DNA of 64,000 nucleotides, taken from assembly GCA_963662405.2 (NCBI GenBank), contig CAXXKT010000001.1, positions 544,001 to 608,000 of the forward strand. Reading direction: 5' to 3'. Position numbers and translations under genes: made by a program. Below are positions 1 to 10,045 of the stretch, one piece after another; position 1 is the stretch's first letter; every line of letters begins with the position of its first letter. The notes under the pieces were generated by a model, which saw only the letters and a list, made by a program, of their open reading frames with translations, was not told where the DNA came from and made no database searches. This DNA comes from Syntrophales bacterium. GTDB lineage: Bacteria > Desulfobacterota > Syntrophia > Syntrophales > UBA2210.

Positions 1-224
1 CAAGGATTATGGAAACCACCAACTCTTTTTCATAACGATATTAATTATAATCATTATGCTGTATAGTATACTTCATTATAAAATTGTGGAATTGCCTTTA
101 ACAACACTATCTAAAAAGTTGAAGGCTTTGCTCGAACGCCACGTATCAAATAGACTTATTTCCAGATTCAAGGTGTCCGGTTGAAACGGGGGCTACTCCA
201 AACATATTACATATAAAACTACGC

Positions 225-253
225 TTGACAGGCAGGGATTCCCTTCATATATT
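225..253 (+). promoter_or_regulatory. Putative sigma70 promoter for the 317 methyltransferase
   Basis: TTGACA (225-230), 17-nt spacer, TATATT (248-253), in an AT-rich region ~65 nt before the ATG. Confidence 0.6.
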
Positions 254-316
254 TCCATTCATAGATTCAGAATCTCTTAAGTCAGGTCAACCACTTTAAC
301 GCACGAAGGGATTCAG

Positions 317-1078
317 ATGAATTCAAAAAAAGTTACGCTCCCGGTCCCTGATGTCTCGTTACATCCGGTAGGCAATGCATCTGCCGATACAATTGGTCCC
401 ATGCAGCTCAACCTATTGGTTCATTTTGGATTGAGACCCGAAGGCCGGATCCTGGATTTGGGGTGCGGCGTGGGACGACTGGCCTACAAGATGGCGGACT
501 ACCTGACGTCGGGACATTATTACGGACTGGATATCAGCGAGAAGGCAATCACGTGGCTGAATAAAAACTACGCGATCCTCCTGGATAACTTTTACTTCGA
601 TCTCTTGGATGTCAACAACCGCAGGTACAATCCGAAGGGGGCCCTCAGTGCTACGGAAATCACCCTTCCGTACCAAAATGACTTTTTTGACGTGGTTGGC
701 GCATTTTCACTCTTCACGCACATGATGCCCCCCGATATCACCAATTATTTTGAAGAGATTCGGCGGGTTCTCAAGCCCGACGGACGGGCGGTCCTCACGT
801 TCTTTTGTGTCGACGACCTCTGCCCCGATCCACCACAATACGAGACACAACCGTTCCTGCGGATCCCGACGATGGACGATGCATGGGCCTTGAATCTTGA
901 GATGCCGGAGAGGGGTATCGCCTTTTCACGCGCCCTGATCGATACCATGGTGCAGGACGCCAGATTGAGCACCGTGGAAGTCGTCCCCGGTTTCTGGAAG
1001 ATCCCCAAGACAAAAACCCCTCCCTTCGTGTGGGCACACCAGGATGTTTTCGTGCTCAAGCCGGGGGCGGCATCGTAA
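317..1078 (+). CDS. Class I SAM-dependent methyltransferase
   Basis: Motif I ILDLGCGVG, YYGLDIS, FDVVGAFSLFTH, RVLKPDG. Confidence 0.9.
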   Translation: MNSKKVTLPVPDVSLHPVGNASADTIGPMQLNLLVHFGLRPEGRILDLGCGVGRLAYKMADYLTSGHYYGLDISEKAITWLNKNYAILLDNFYFDLLDVNNRRYNPKGALSATEITLPYQNDFFDVVGAFSLFTHMMPPDITNYFEEIRRVLKPDGRAVLTFFCVDDLCPDPPQYETQPFLRIPTMDDAWALNLEMPERGIAFSRALIDTMVQDARLSTVEVVPGFWKIPKTKTPPFVWAHQDVFVLKPGAAS

Positions 1079-1210
1079 CGAACCAGAACCCCCTGTCGCT
1101 TGGGGGGGCGGAGGGGATTGATCACCGTGCGCCACCGATAAGGCCACGCCGTATCCGTTCACGGTGTGACACGGCAGGAGCGGCGCGAAACCGCCGGGCA
1201 GGTCACGGTA

Positions 1211-2275
1211 TCAGCGCCGTATCCAACGCGTCAACAGCTTCTCTTTTTCCAACAGACCCCATATATAGGTGTCATCAACCCGTTTCCGACTCATACTTTC
1301 ACGTCGCTTTTTCAACAGCACCCGTATATTGCTCAGCAGGGAGAGCTTCGCCCTGACAAAGGGGCGACCTCTGCCCTTCGCCACAAAAAAGATGAGGGCC
1401 ATCACGCCGTACATGATATGTGGAACGATGGTTCGCGCCACCAACGGGCTCGGCATATTTTTCAGGTAGACCCACTCGATATTACGATGCCCGTAATAAA
1501 CGGACAGGGGAGAATCGCGCACGATGCTTGTGCTGCCTTTGTGATACACAATCGCGTCGGGGACATATACGCATTGATACCCTCCGAGTTGTGCCCTGAA
1601 GCTGAGGTCCACATCCTCGTAGAGGAGAAAAAAGTCTTCATCAAAAAGGCCGATATCCGCAAACATGCTGGTCCTGTACAATGCGGCCCCGGCACAGGCC
1701 CCAAAGACGGGCTCGCATCGATCGAATTCACCAGCGGAAGACCCTCGCCCCCTCATAAGTGCCGCGCCGGCACGGGTATACCCGTCACCGGCCCGATCGA
1801 TCATATGTCGCTGATCATACAGGAGCATCTTTGATGCTGCACATCCCGCGCGGGGATTTTCGTCCAACCCATCGACGAGTGCCTGCAACCACGAAGGATG
1901 CGGAACGGCATCATTATTGAGCAGGGCCACATACGGAGTATTGACGGTCTGTATTGCCCTGTTATTCGCAGCGGAGAAGCCGGTATTGGTGGACAGAGAT
2001 ATCGTTTTTACTTCGGGATAACGAACGCGCATAAACTGGACTGATCCGTCAGCGGACCCATTATCCACCACAATGACGGTGAAAGAGGGATACGTTTGCC
2101 GTTGCAACGCATCGAGACACTCCGGCAATAGCTCCCGCCCATTCCAATTCACGACTATCACGGAAACACGATCCACTGTTTTCTCCCTGCACAAACACCT
2201 TGCAAGAGGAAGAGCACTCCCGGCCCCTCTGCACGGGGCATCAACGCCCGGAGTCACAGGCTCTTCTTTATTCAC
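1211..2275 (-). CDS. Family 2 glycosyltransferase (WbbL/rhamnosyltransferase-like)
   Basis: VSVIVVNWNG, VVDNGSADGS, LLNNDA, FDEDFFLLYEDVDLSFR; GTGA overlap with the upstream gene. Confidence 0.9.
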   Translation of the reverse strand: MNKEEPVTPGVDAPCRGAGSALPLARCLCREKTVDRVSVIVVNWNGRELLPECLDALQRQTYPSFTVIVVDNGSADGSVQFMRVRYPEVKTISLSTNTGFSAANNRAIQTVNTPYVALLNNDAVPHPSWLQALVDGLDENPRAGCAASKMLLYDQRHMIDRAGDGYTRAGAALMRGRGSSAGEFDRCEPVFGACAGAALYRTSMFADIGLFDEDFFLLYEDVDLSFRAQLGGYQCVYVPDAIVYHKGSTSIVRDSPLSVYYGHRNIEWVYLKNMPSPLVARTIVPHIMYGVMALIFFVAKGRGRPFVRAKLSLLSNIRVLLKKRRESMSRKRVDDTYIWGLLEKEKLLTRWIRR

Positions 2276-3210
2276 GATATGGGCCCCTTTGCCGTATCAT
2301 CACCACCCATCGTACCCGTCCTCTCTCGTATGATACGTAAAAGGTCATCCACACGCGCAGCAACGGAATGCCGTCCGGCGGCCATCTCGTATCCCCGTGA
2401 AGCAATCTCGCCCCGTTCCGCTTCATGATCGAGATAGTATGCTATCTTTTCGTGTAAATCCTCTTTCCCCCGATAGGTAACGACACAGTGATGGAGAAGA
2501 TTATCGAGATCATCGCACCAATCACTGAGGACAAATGCGCGGCATGCCAATGCGTCAAAGATGCGGTTGTTAATGAACCCGTTATCGCGCATATCATCCC
2601 AATGATCGTTTAAGACGATATGGGCGGTTGAGTAGAGCTTTCGCGCATGCTCATACGGAAAATATCGCCCCTTGATATAGCGTCCCGGAATAAAGTTTTC
2701 CCAGTCGGAACCCCACACATGAAGATCAGCGATTGTCGGCAATAGATCGGAGATGATCCGCCTCCTCACCCGTCTGGAATTGCCGAGAAACAAGAGCTGA
2801 CACCCGGTCTCCTCACCGGGATCGGGATACATCAGATCGGAATCGGCAAATTGGAGCAACGTCCGGACAGGGACACGGCACTTCTCGCGTAACCGCCGGG
2901 CAAACGGCCTGGAAGCCACCAGGACGAGATCATATCGTTTCAACTCCCGCATGGTCACTCCATCCGGGTGGCTGATCAGCCACATGAGGTTCAGGGGACC
3001 GCGCTTCGGCTTATAGCGTGACAATCCCTTGATATGGATAGTGACATCACTGAGGGCATCATCCGCACCTTTCCACTCAGGGAGGATCTGAATCCCGACC
3101 CGGTGCCCCCGTTTCTCCAGTTCGCGCGCCAGAGCACGAGCCAGGTGGTAATCGCCCCAGGATGGTGCCTCTTCCCAGGAAGGGACACCTATTTTGAAGA
3201 AGAAATTCAC
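2272..3210 (-). CDS. CgeB-like / Glyco_trans_1_2 glycosyltransferase
   Basis: WGDYHLA N-terminal motif, VLNDHWDDMR, INNRIFDALAC C-terminal GT-B motif. Confidence 0.8.
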   Translation of the reverse strand: MNFFFKIGVPSWEEAPSWGDYHLARALARELEKRGHRVGIQILPEWKGADDALSDVTIHIKGLSRYKPKRGPLNLMWLISHPDGVTMRELKRYDLVLVASRPFARRLREKCRVPVRTLLQFADSDLMYPDPGEETGCQLLFLGNSRRVRRRIISDLLPTIADLHVWGSDWENFIPGRYIKGRYFPYEHARKLYSTAHIVLNDHWDDMRDNGFINNRIFDALACRAFVLSDWCDDLDNLLHHCVVTYRGKEDLHEKIAYYLDHEAERGEIASRGYEMAAGRHSVAARVDDLLRIIRERTGTMGGDDTAKGPIS

Positions 3211-3330
3211 CGGCTCTATATCCTCGACAGGTTACCCCGTTCCATGGCGACTGTGCCTTTCGCTTTTCTCGATCTCAATGTCGAACGTATCATAGCTCGC
3301 CGGGAGGCTGTTGTCCCTTCCGCAGATGGG

Positions 3331-6300
3331 TTACGATTCTTTTCTCGGATGGGCCTGCAGCAATCGATGGTATACCTCTTCATATTCTTCCTGCATTTTT
3401 TCGATGGTTTTAAAATGCATCCTCTCGATCTCTTGTATCTTTCTCTGATATTCCTCCGTATCACGGGCTATGATCAGCATCTGTTCGAACCATCGTTTCG
3501 GATCGTTATAATCGAGCAACCATCCCCCGCCATACTTCCGAATCCGTTCTCGAATGGCGCCGATATCAGATCCGAACACCGGCATTCCATACCACCAGGA
3601 CTCCGTTAACGTGTGACAGTACGATTCAGGGACGATCGAAGGAATCATCGAAAAGGAAGGCTTTGCAGCATCCAGCCATACCGGCAGCAGATGCCGCTGA
3701 TAGGGACCGTGGTCAATAACGCCGGGCAATTGAGACGGCAGGCTTCCATCGCTCCCTCCGAAAAGATGAAATTCGAAATGGATGTCATCGGGATTCTTTT
3801 TTAGATGTCTGGCGTTTGCTTCGATAATGCCCTTTAACAGCAAAGCGCCTTTGTAAGCGGCACCTGCTCCGATAGCGGCCACCCGAATGAGTTTTCCATC
3901 CGGCGATGTGGCTTTGGCACCGGTATTCACGATGTCCCGTCCGTGCTCGATAATAGAGAAAGCCTTCTTGTGCGTCCCGGGATAATGATTCCCGATGATA
4001 TCTTTTATCGCCTGAGCCGTCGTGATAAAAGAATCACAATACACAAGATTTTTCCCCATCCTGTCACGCCACTCATGGATATAGCCGTGTTTCAGGTTGG
4101 GAATAGCCCGATACCATTTATTTCTGATAGAACATGTTCCCTTACCGGGTGAACATTCTCCCCCGCAGAACACGCCTTTGTTATCGATCAGATGTATGGT
4201 CGGACAGAGGGTATAGAGATCGTGAAAGGAAAAGACCACCTGTATATCAAGGTATTTCAAGAAAGGGAACACTTCTGGGCTCAACCCGATGAGAGAACGG
4301 GCATGAGCGATAGCAACATCAAATTCTCTGCAAACAAACTTGAGTATGGATAGTCGGAGAGGATCGATCGGTTCAACAGGATCCCATTCGATGTCAAAGT
4401 GAAATGAATATATCTTCTGATTCGATTGCGAATCATAGAGATCCCACTTCGATTTTCCACAGACAAGAAGGAGCGATCTGAAATCCCTCCCGATAGCTTT
4501 CATCAGATCCCACGCCGTAAATACGGATCCCCCTCCCCCGTCATGAATGAGGAATAAGATGGTCCCCTGTTTGTGAGCACAGAGGACTCCCGCTTCTTGA
4601 TCCGAATCTTCGCTGCTGTCTTCGTGGTGTTTCAGGAGCACATCCAGAGGGAGGGCATTTCTGACTGCCTCGGAAAAATAGATGAGCGGATGAGCCTCCT
4701 GAAACTTCTTTAACAGAGAGTCACACTCCGGGTGAAGGAGACGCAATTGCACCTTCCCCTGTTCGCTCAATTGGTGTTTTTTATCTCCGAACGATGCCAT
4801 GCGGCGGTGATATATATAGACGCCATCATCGATAACGTTCCTGAACCCCGCCTTTATGGCACGGAGGCAGAAATCATTTTCTTCACCGTATCCTTTCGGA
4901 AAGTGTTCCTCGTCAAACAAACCGATGGCGTCCAGGACGGATCGTTTGATATAGAGGCAAAATCCGCTCCCGGTCGCCACCTCGGGCAGATGGCGTATTC
5001 CCAGTTTTGCCATCAATGCGGCATATGATTCAAGGGTATATTCGGCCGGTATCTCATTTCCCCTATTGATTTCCGGGACAGAAAACGCCCCGGCGTTATT
5101 CGAAACCGGGGTTACCGTCCCTATGTTTCTTCTTCGGTAAGCGGATTCACGCAACCGATCAACCCAGGATGGGGTCACTATCGTATCGCTGTTCAGCAAC
5201 ACAATATCCGTCGAACAGCGGGAACATCCGATATTGATCGTTTTTGTAAACCCCAGATTGTGCGCGTTCGTTATCAGGGTGACCCGCGGGCTGCTCGCAT
5301 CGAATCGTTGCAACAGCGGTTTGATGTTCGAATCGGTGCTTGCATCATTAATAAGCAGGATATTATGAGGAGGTGGCGTATAGCGAATGACACTTTCAAG
5401 ACACTTCTCGACATCCTCGAAGGCATTGAAAACAGGAATCACAACGGTAACCGGCTCTTCCGGGATCTGTTCCTCAGGAACTAAAGCGAAGTGTAAAGCC
5501 TGGCGGGGTTTCAGTTCACGGGCTTTTTTTTTTGAGGGAGGGAGCGGGGGCTGATTGGCCGCAGGTTGCTTCGCCGGTGTTCTCTCGATGAGCTTCTTGA
5601 TATAATCCGCCGCAGTCGGAACGTGCGCCTGAAATAACATCCTTCGGTATAACTCTCCCAGCATGACGCCGGCCTTCCAGCGCTTCGACCGTAACAGCTC
5701 TGAGATGTCACGACTCATCTCTTGAATCCAATGATCTCGCTTTTCTATCTCTCGTGCATATCTGTTCTTCAGATTTTGTATCTCACGGTCCTGCTTATCC
5801 CTTAATCTTTTAATCTCATCGGCCTTTTCTTCGCGTAACTTTCGCATTGCATGGGATTGCTCTTCGCGCAATGTTCTGATTTCAAGGGATCGTTCTTCGC
5901 GCAATGTTCTGATTTCAAGGGATCGTTCTTCGCGCAACGTTCGGATTTCAAGGGATCGTTCTTCGCGCAACTTTTGGATTGATTCACCCCATTCTCCCTT
6001 TATGTCCTGTATTCTTTTATCTTTCTGGTCTATGCTGTCGTGCAGAGAAAGCTGCTTTCGGATCTCGATCTTTTCAATCGTTTGAATATAATCGGCAAGG
6101 AGTCGATCCATATCCAGGGTGTCCAAGAATGTCCTTACGGCTTGATTATGCTCCCTCATCTCACCGGGGACAAGAATCCCCAGTCCATTTAATCCGGGCA
6201 GATTGATGAATTCAATACTGTACCTGGTATCCTTTAAAAAATCTTCTATCGCCGTAAGCACCCCGCTTTGCAGATCATTCTCATATATTGCATTGTTGAG

Positions 6301-6810
6301 ATGCCGGTTTAACCCGCCTGCATCGAGAAGCTCCGCCGAATCGGGGTTCATTCCCTTTTGCTTGTAGGGTTTTCGATACTTTTCAGGGATGGTTTCTGGG
6401 TTGTAGTAGAGATCACGGCGGCCATAGGGCCAGGCGGTATCGTGAAGCATGACTACGGGAAAGGGTTTTCCGACATCATACATGCATTTCTCTATCAGTT
6501 TCAGTTCATTGAAAACCGTGTACCAGTTGTGATCTCCATCGATGAGGAAAACATCACCCCCTTCTATCCGGGGGATAGCATTCAGGCTCAGTGATTTGTG
6601 AAACACGAAGTTGCGGCCGTACTGGTTCTTCAAGGCGTCGACATCGAATTGCGGCACCGGGTCAACCGCATGAAGGACCGTGTCCCGCCCCTTGCAGAAT
6701 TCAAGCAGGCGGACCGTGTTTTCTCCGCGGTCCGACCCGATCTCCACGATAACACCCGGTTCAATCATGGTCAGGATGGGTTTGATAATAATATCCCAGA
6801 AATGGTACAT
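3331..6810 (-). CDS. Multidomain glycan polymerase/terminator: methyltransferase (Methyltransf_24-like) + coiled coil + GT2 + GT4
   Basis: VEIGS..., IDGDHNWYTV, HDTAWPY (MTase); LREERSLEIRT repeats; VTVVIPVFNA/LNSDT/GYGEENDFC (GT2); ESYCHTLTESW (GT-B); directly downstream of wzm/wzt. Confidence 0.88.
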   Translation of the reverse strand: MYHFWDIIIKPILTMIEPGVIVEIGSDRGENTVRLLEFCKGRDTVLHAVDPVPQFDVDALKNQYGRNFVFHKSLSLNAIPRIEGGDVFLIDGDHNWYTVFNELKLIEKCMYDVGKPFPVVMLHDTAWPYGRRDLYYNPETIPEKYRKPYKQKGMNPDSAELLDAGGLNRHLNNAIYENDLQSGVLTAIEDFLKDTRYSIEFINLPGLNGLGILVPGEMREHNQAVRTFLDTLDMDRLLADYIQTIEKIEIRKQLSLHDSIDQKDKRIQDIKGEWGESIQKLREERSLEIRTLREERSLEIRTLREERSLEIRTLREEQSHAMRKLREEKADEIKRLRDKQDREIQNLKNRYAREIEKRDHWIQEMSRDISELLRSKRWKAGVMLGELYRRMLFQAHVPTAADYIKKLIERTPAKQPAANQPPLPPSKKKARELKPRQALHFALVPEEQIPEEPVTVVIPVFNAFEDVEKCLESVIRYTPPPHNILLINDASTDSNIKPLLQRFDASSPRVTLITNAHNLGFTKTINIGCSRCSTDIVLLNSDTIVTPSWVDRLRESAYRRRNIGTVTPVSNNAGAFSVPEINRGNEIPAEYTLESYAALMAKLGIRHLPEVATGSGFCLYIKRSVLDAIGLFDEEHFPKGYGEENDFCLRAIKAGFRNVIDDGVYIYHRRMASFGDKKHQLSEQGKVQLRLLHPECDSLLKKFQEAHPLIYFSEAVRNALPLDVLLKHHEDSSEDSDQEAGVLCAHKQGTILFLIHDGGGGSVFTAWDLMKAIGRDFRSLLLVCGKSKWDLYDSQSNQKIYSFHFDIEWDPVEPIDPLRLSILKFVCREFDVAIAHARSLIGLSPEVFPFLKYLDIQVVFSFHDLYTLCPTIHLIDNKGVFCGGECSPGKGTCSIRNKWYRAIPNLKHGYIHEWRDRMGKNLVYCDSFITTAQAIKDIIGNHYPGTHKKAFSIIEHGRDIVNTGAKATSPDGKLIRVAAIGAGAAYKGALLLKGIIEANARHLKKNPDDIHFEFHLFGGSDGSLPSQLPGVIDHGPYQRHLLPVWLDAAKPSFSMIPSIVPESYCHTLTESWWYGMPVFGSDIGAIRERIRKYGGGWLLDYNDPKRWFEQMLIIARDTEEYQRKIQEIERMHFKTIEKMQEEYEEVYHRLLQAHPRKES
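5861..5970. repeat. In-frame 33-bp tandem repeat (~3.3 copies) encoding the hendecad LREERSLEIRT
   Basis: Unit tcttcgcgcaatgttctgatttcaagggatcgt at 5861, 5894, 5927 (two substitutions) and partial at 5960. Confidence 0.95.
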
Positions 6811-6828
6811 TGTTTCCTCTATCGATTA

Positions 6829-7446
6829 CTATGTATGGTTCAATTCCATTATCAGAATCTTGTGGACGATGCCACGTATAATCATCCGCCGCCATGAGGA
6901 GAGGAGCGAAAGACGCTTCTTTCTGCAAATCAGCACACTATCCCGCCACGTATTACTGGGATCCGAGTAGCGGGGATCCGGCTCCCACTGGGTAAACACC
7001 TCCGCCACCTCGAGATGCGCGAAACGGCTCAGAGCGTCAAATCCGTCAGGATAAAACCGCCAGCAGTCAACGGGGAACCGATGCTCCACCCCACCGGACG
7101 GTGCAATGATACAGCACAATCCGCCTGGCTTCAAGACACGCTCTATTTCAAGTATCGTAATCCAGAAAAACTCTATATGCTCAAAGGCTTGTCCCGAGAT
7201 GAGGACATCAACCGAATTGGATCGTATTGCCGTCCAATCATACGGATTCTGAAGGACGATGTCCACGTTTTTACCCGGAGTCATATCCACCCCGCGATAG
7301 GTCCAGGGGGGAGCATCAAAATGGTGTCTGTACGATCCATTCACGTCACAGCTCCCCAGGTCGAGAATCAGCAACGGCACTTTCTCACGGGTCGCCAGGT
7401 ACCTCTCTTTAAAATCGAGCATCTTATCCAGAGAACTTTGATGCAT
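6829..7446 (-). CDS. Class I SAM-dependent methyltransferase (glycan-locus type)
   Basis: ILDLGSCDVNGSYR, DVLISGQAFEHIEFFW, RVLKPGG, HRFPVDCWRF. Confidence 0.88.
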   Translation of the reverse strand: MHQSSLDKMLDFKERYLATREKVPLLILDLGSCDVNGSYRHHFDAPPWTYRGVDMTPGKNVDIVLQNPYDWTAIRSNSVDVLISGQAFEHIEFFWITILEIERVLKPGGLCCIIAPSGGVEHRFPVDCWRFYPDGFDALSRFAHLEVAEVFTQWEPDPRYSDPSNTWRDSVLICRKKRLSLLSSWRRMIIRGIVHKILIMELNHT

Positions 7447-7504
7447 TGCTTCTTCACCTCACATTTCGGATTTAAACGAAAATCCGATAATAACCGTACA
7501 CATG

Positions 7505-8821
7505 TCAGTCACACATATCCGGTTGTCTCAGTTTTGAAACCGATACCGCTACGGGGAGGTGCACCTTACAGTTCACCATTGTTCTCCCCGCCGGAGGAAG
7601 CATTTCAAAGATGTACGCGTTATCCTTCCAGTCATAAAAGACCGGTCGGCCCGGATCGTGTCCGACGGCGGCGGTTATGCTGTAACTCCCCCGAAGAAGC
7701 GGTAACCGCAGAGAAAAATCGACCGCACAGTGTTCGTCCTTTTCCAATGCGGGAAGTTCAAAACCCTCGACGGCAGTGTTTGTCCCCAAAAGATCGATCC
7801 CATAGCGATCCTTCACGATAATGCCGACCACCGCGGGATGACACCCCGCACGGGCTGTCATGCGGACCGATATCCTGACCGCCTGATCAAAATCCACCCC
7901 TTTGAGAACCTGTTCATTTTCATCCAGGATGACAACTTCGTCGATATAGACCTCGCCCGTGCCGACTTGCGTTACACGGCCTGGGGAAGGAGTATCTATT
8001 CTCGTTTTTTCCGTATCTCCCTTTGCTCCGGAAGGAGGGGAGGCTGTTTTCGTGCGCTCTATTTTTGATGTACCGTTTTTCTGTTCCTTGAGCGCAAGGA
8101 GTCCGTGGTAATAATTGGCCACATCCTCCGCCTTACCACTTTGAACAACTTGTCCACTATCAAGGAGGATCGCTTCCTGGCACAGGCTCTTGATTGCCCC
8201 GATGCTGTGACTGACAAAGAGAATGGTCACGCCGGCATCCTGGATTTTCCTGATTCTGTGCATACATTTATGCTGAAATGCCGCATCACCGACGGCAAGT
8301 GCCTCGTCGATGACCAGGATATCCGGATCCGTGTTGATGGCACACGCAAATGCCAGGCGGGCATACATCCCACTGGAATAGAGGCGCATTGGCCTGTCGA
8401 AAAAATCTCCGATATCGGCAAATGTCTCCACAGACGGGAGCTTCTCTATGACCCGCTCTTTGGAAAGCCCCATCAGGCCGCCGTATAAAAGCACGTTTTC
8501 GCGGCCGGTAAAATTTCTATTAAAGCCCGTCCCCAGCTCAAGAATGGCTGATATGCGACCTTCCGTCCTGACACCACCTCCCGTGGGCAACAGATATCCG
8601 CAGACGATCTTGAGCAGGGTACTCTTCCCGCTCCCGTTGATCCCCAGTATCCCCATGGTGGTCCCCTTGGTGAGCGAAAAGGACACATTCCGTAAGGCCC
8701 AGAATTCTTTGTGATACCGACGCTTCGTCAATGACAGAGACTCTTTAATCCGGTCTTTGGGCGAGGCGTATATCTTGAACTCTTTTGATATATTATTGAC
8801 AAGTATCGCGATATCTTCCAT
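7505..8821 (-). CDS. wzt: Polysaccharide ABC exporter ATP-binding subunit with C-terminal Wzt_C carbohydrate-binding domain
   Basis: Walker A GINGSGKST, YSSGMYARLAF, ILVIDEALAVGDAAFQHKC, plus ~150-aa C-terminal beta domain; start taken at MEDIAIL. Confidence 0.93.
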   Translation of the reverse strand: MEDIAILVNNISKEFKIYASPKDRIKESLSLTKRRYHKEFWALRNVSFSLTKGTTMGILGINGSGKSTLLKIVCGYLLPTGGGVRTEGRISAILELGTGFNRNFTGRENVLLYGGLMGLSKERVIEKLPSVETFADIGDFFDRPMRLYSSGMYARLAFACAINTDPDILVIDEALAVGDAAFQHKCMHRIRKIQDAGVTILFVSHSIGAIKSLCQEAILLDSGQVVQSGKAEDVANYYHGLLALKEQKNGTSKIERTKTASPPSGAKGDTEKTRIDTPSPGRVTQVGTGEVYIDEVVILDENEQVLKGVDFDQAVRISVRMTARAGCHPAVVGIIVKDRYGIDLLGTNTAVEGFELPALEKDEHCAVDFSLRLPLLRGSYSITAAVGHDPGRPVFYDWKDNAYIFEMLPPAGRTMVNCKVHLPVAVSVSKLRQPDMCD

Positions 8822-8841
8822 ATTATTTTCCTGTAAGCTGG

Positions 8842-9651
8842 CTACAAGACCTCCGCGAATTGTCCCTTCAGTCTCCGAAAGACCCACCCGCCGATAAACA
8901 AAAGAACGAGCGTGATGACAAGGAAATAGACGGCGTCGACGAGAGAGGGCCCCTGATTATCCAGAAGCGCCCGTCTGTATCCTTCGGTAACGAAATACAT
9001 CGGGTTCAAACGCAGCAGGAATTGATACTGCTCGGGGATAATCCTCGCCGGATATAAGATGGGACACAAATAGAACCAGAGTTGGAGCACGATCGTCACC
9101 GTCTGACCGACATCCCGGGCGAAGACATTGACGGAGGCCACCAGCCAGCTCAGTCCCAGTGAAAAAAGCATGAGGCACGGAAGATAAATGAAAATGGTTA
9201 GGGCATACCACCCGATCCATTGCTTGCACAGGAGGAGGAGCACCAGAAGGACACCGAATCCGATCAGATGGCCTGTCAGCGCCGAGCCTATCACAACCAG
9301 GGGAAGGATCTCAGAGCGGAATGGCGTCTTTGTCACCAGATTTTTATTCTTTTCTATGATACCGCAGGAATTCTTTACAATTTCGGTAAACATTATCCAG
9401 GGAAGAAGCGCGCAGAAAAGCCAAAGCGCAAAGGGAGTCTCGCCGATCTTGCGTCCGAATATCAGTGAAAAGATCAGCGTATACACGAATACCAGCATCA
9501 AGGGATGGATGACCGCCCAGAACACCCCTGCGAAAGACCCCACATAGCGTGCCTTGAAATCTCTTTCCACCATCAGCCACAAGGTGCTGCGGTGTTGCCA
9601 TATGCGAAGAATAAAATTTTTGGTAGAAAAAATTACCGCCAGAGCAAGCAC
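8842..9651 (-). CDS. wzm: Polysaccharide ABC exporter permease
   Basis: RDFKARYVGSFAGVFWAVIHPL, FYLCPILYP, LNPM; multiple TM segments; adjacent to wzt. Confidence 0.93.
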   Translation of the reverse strand: MLALAVIFSTKNFILRIWQHRSTLWLMVERDFKARYVGSFAGVFWAVIHPLMLVFVYTLIFSLIFGRKIGETPFALWLFCALLPWIMFTEIVKNSCGIIEKNKNLVTKTPFRSEILPLVVIGSALTGHLIGFGVLLVLLLLCKQWIGWYALTIFIYLPCLMLFSLGLSWLVASVNVFARDVGQTVTIVLQLWFYLCPILYPARIIPEQYQFLLRLNPMYFVTEGYRRALLDNQGPSLVDAVYFLVITLVLLFIGGWVFRRLKGQFAEVL

Positions 9652-9835
9652 CCCCTCGATTGTCGGGCTATTTCGTAAGAGGCCTCCACAGTGCTTCTCA
9701 TGTCATTTCGACCGTAGAAAGAGATTTTGTGCTGCAGAATACTATCCGGCGAAGAGCTCTCGTTCCGACAGATCGGGATTCAACATGACATGCAGCTAAT
9801 AAGGCCTTGTTACAACCGCACTCTCTCCTGGTAAC

Positions 9836-9865
9836 GAGGCGACACCGGTCAACCGGTGTCGCCTC
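9836..9865. repeat. Perfect 30-bp palindrome in the divergent wzm / 10046 intergenic region
   Basis: GAGGCGACACCGGT-CA-ACCGGTGTCGCCTC (14-bp arms). Confidence 0.85.
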
Positions 9866-10045
9866 TCCCCATCCGAGGATACCAGCAACCGGGTATTTTT
9901 CATACCTTCCGTGTTAAGTCAACAAGTTCTTATCAATTTGCTTTGAATGACCTGCCTGAGAATCGATCCTTGAAACTCCCGCAGGTATCATGTATGTTCC
10001 GGTTATCTTAATAATCCTTATACAAACCGATTCGCGGGGTGCGGG

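Noticed and set aside
1..40. Possible start of a minus-strand gene (..LVVSIIL) running off the window
   Set aside because: Only a few codons are visible and the start/RBS is weak; cannot be supported
3216..3464. 82-aa ORF overlapping the end of the 1159-aa gene, as a frameshifted extension
   Set aside because: The main gene ends with a complete GT-B terminus and the small ORF has no motif or RBS
5861..5970. 33-bp repeats as a CRISPR array
   Set aside because: Units are contiguous without spacers, lie in frame inside a CDS, and no cas genes are present
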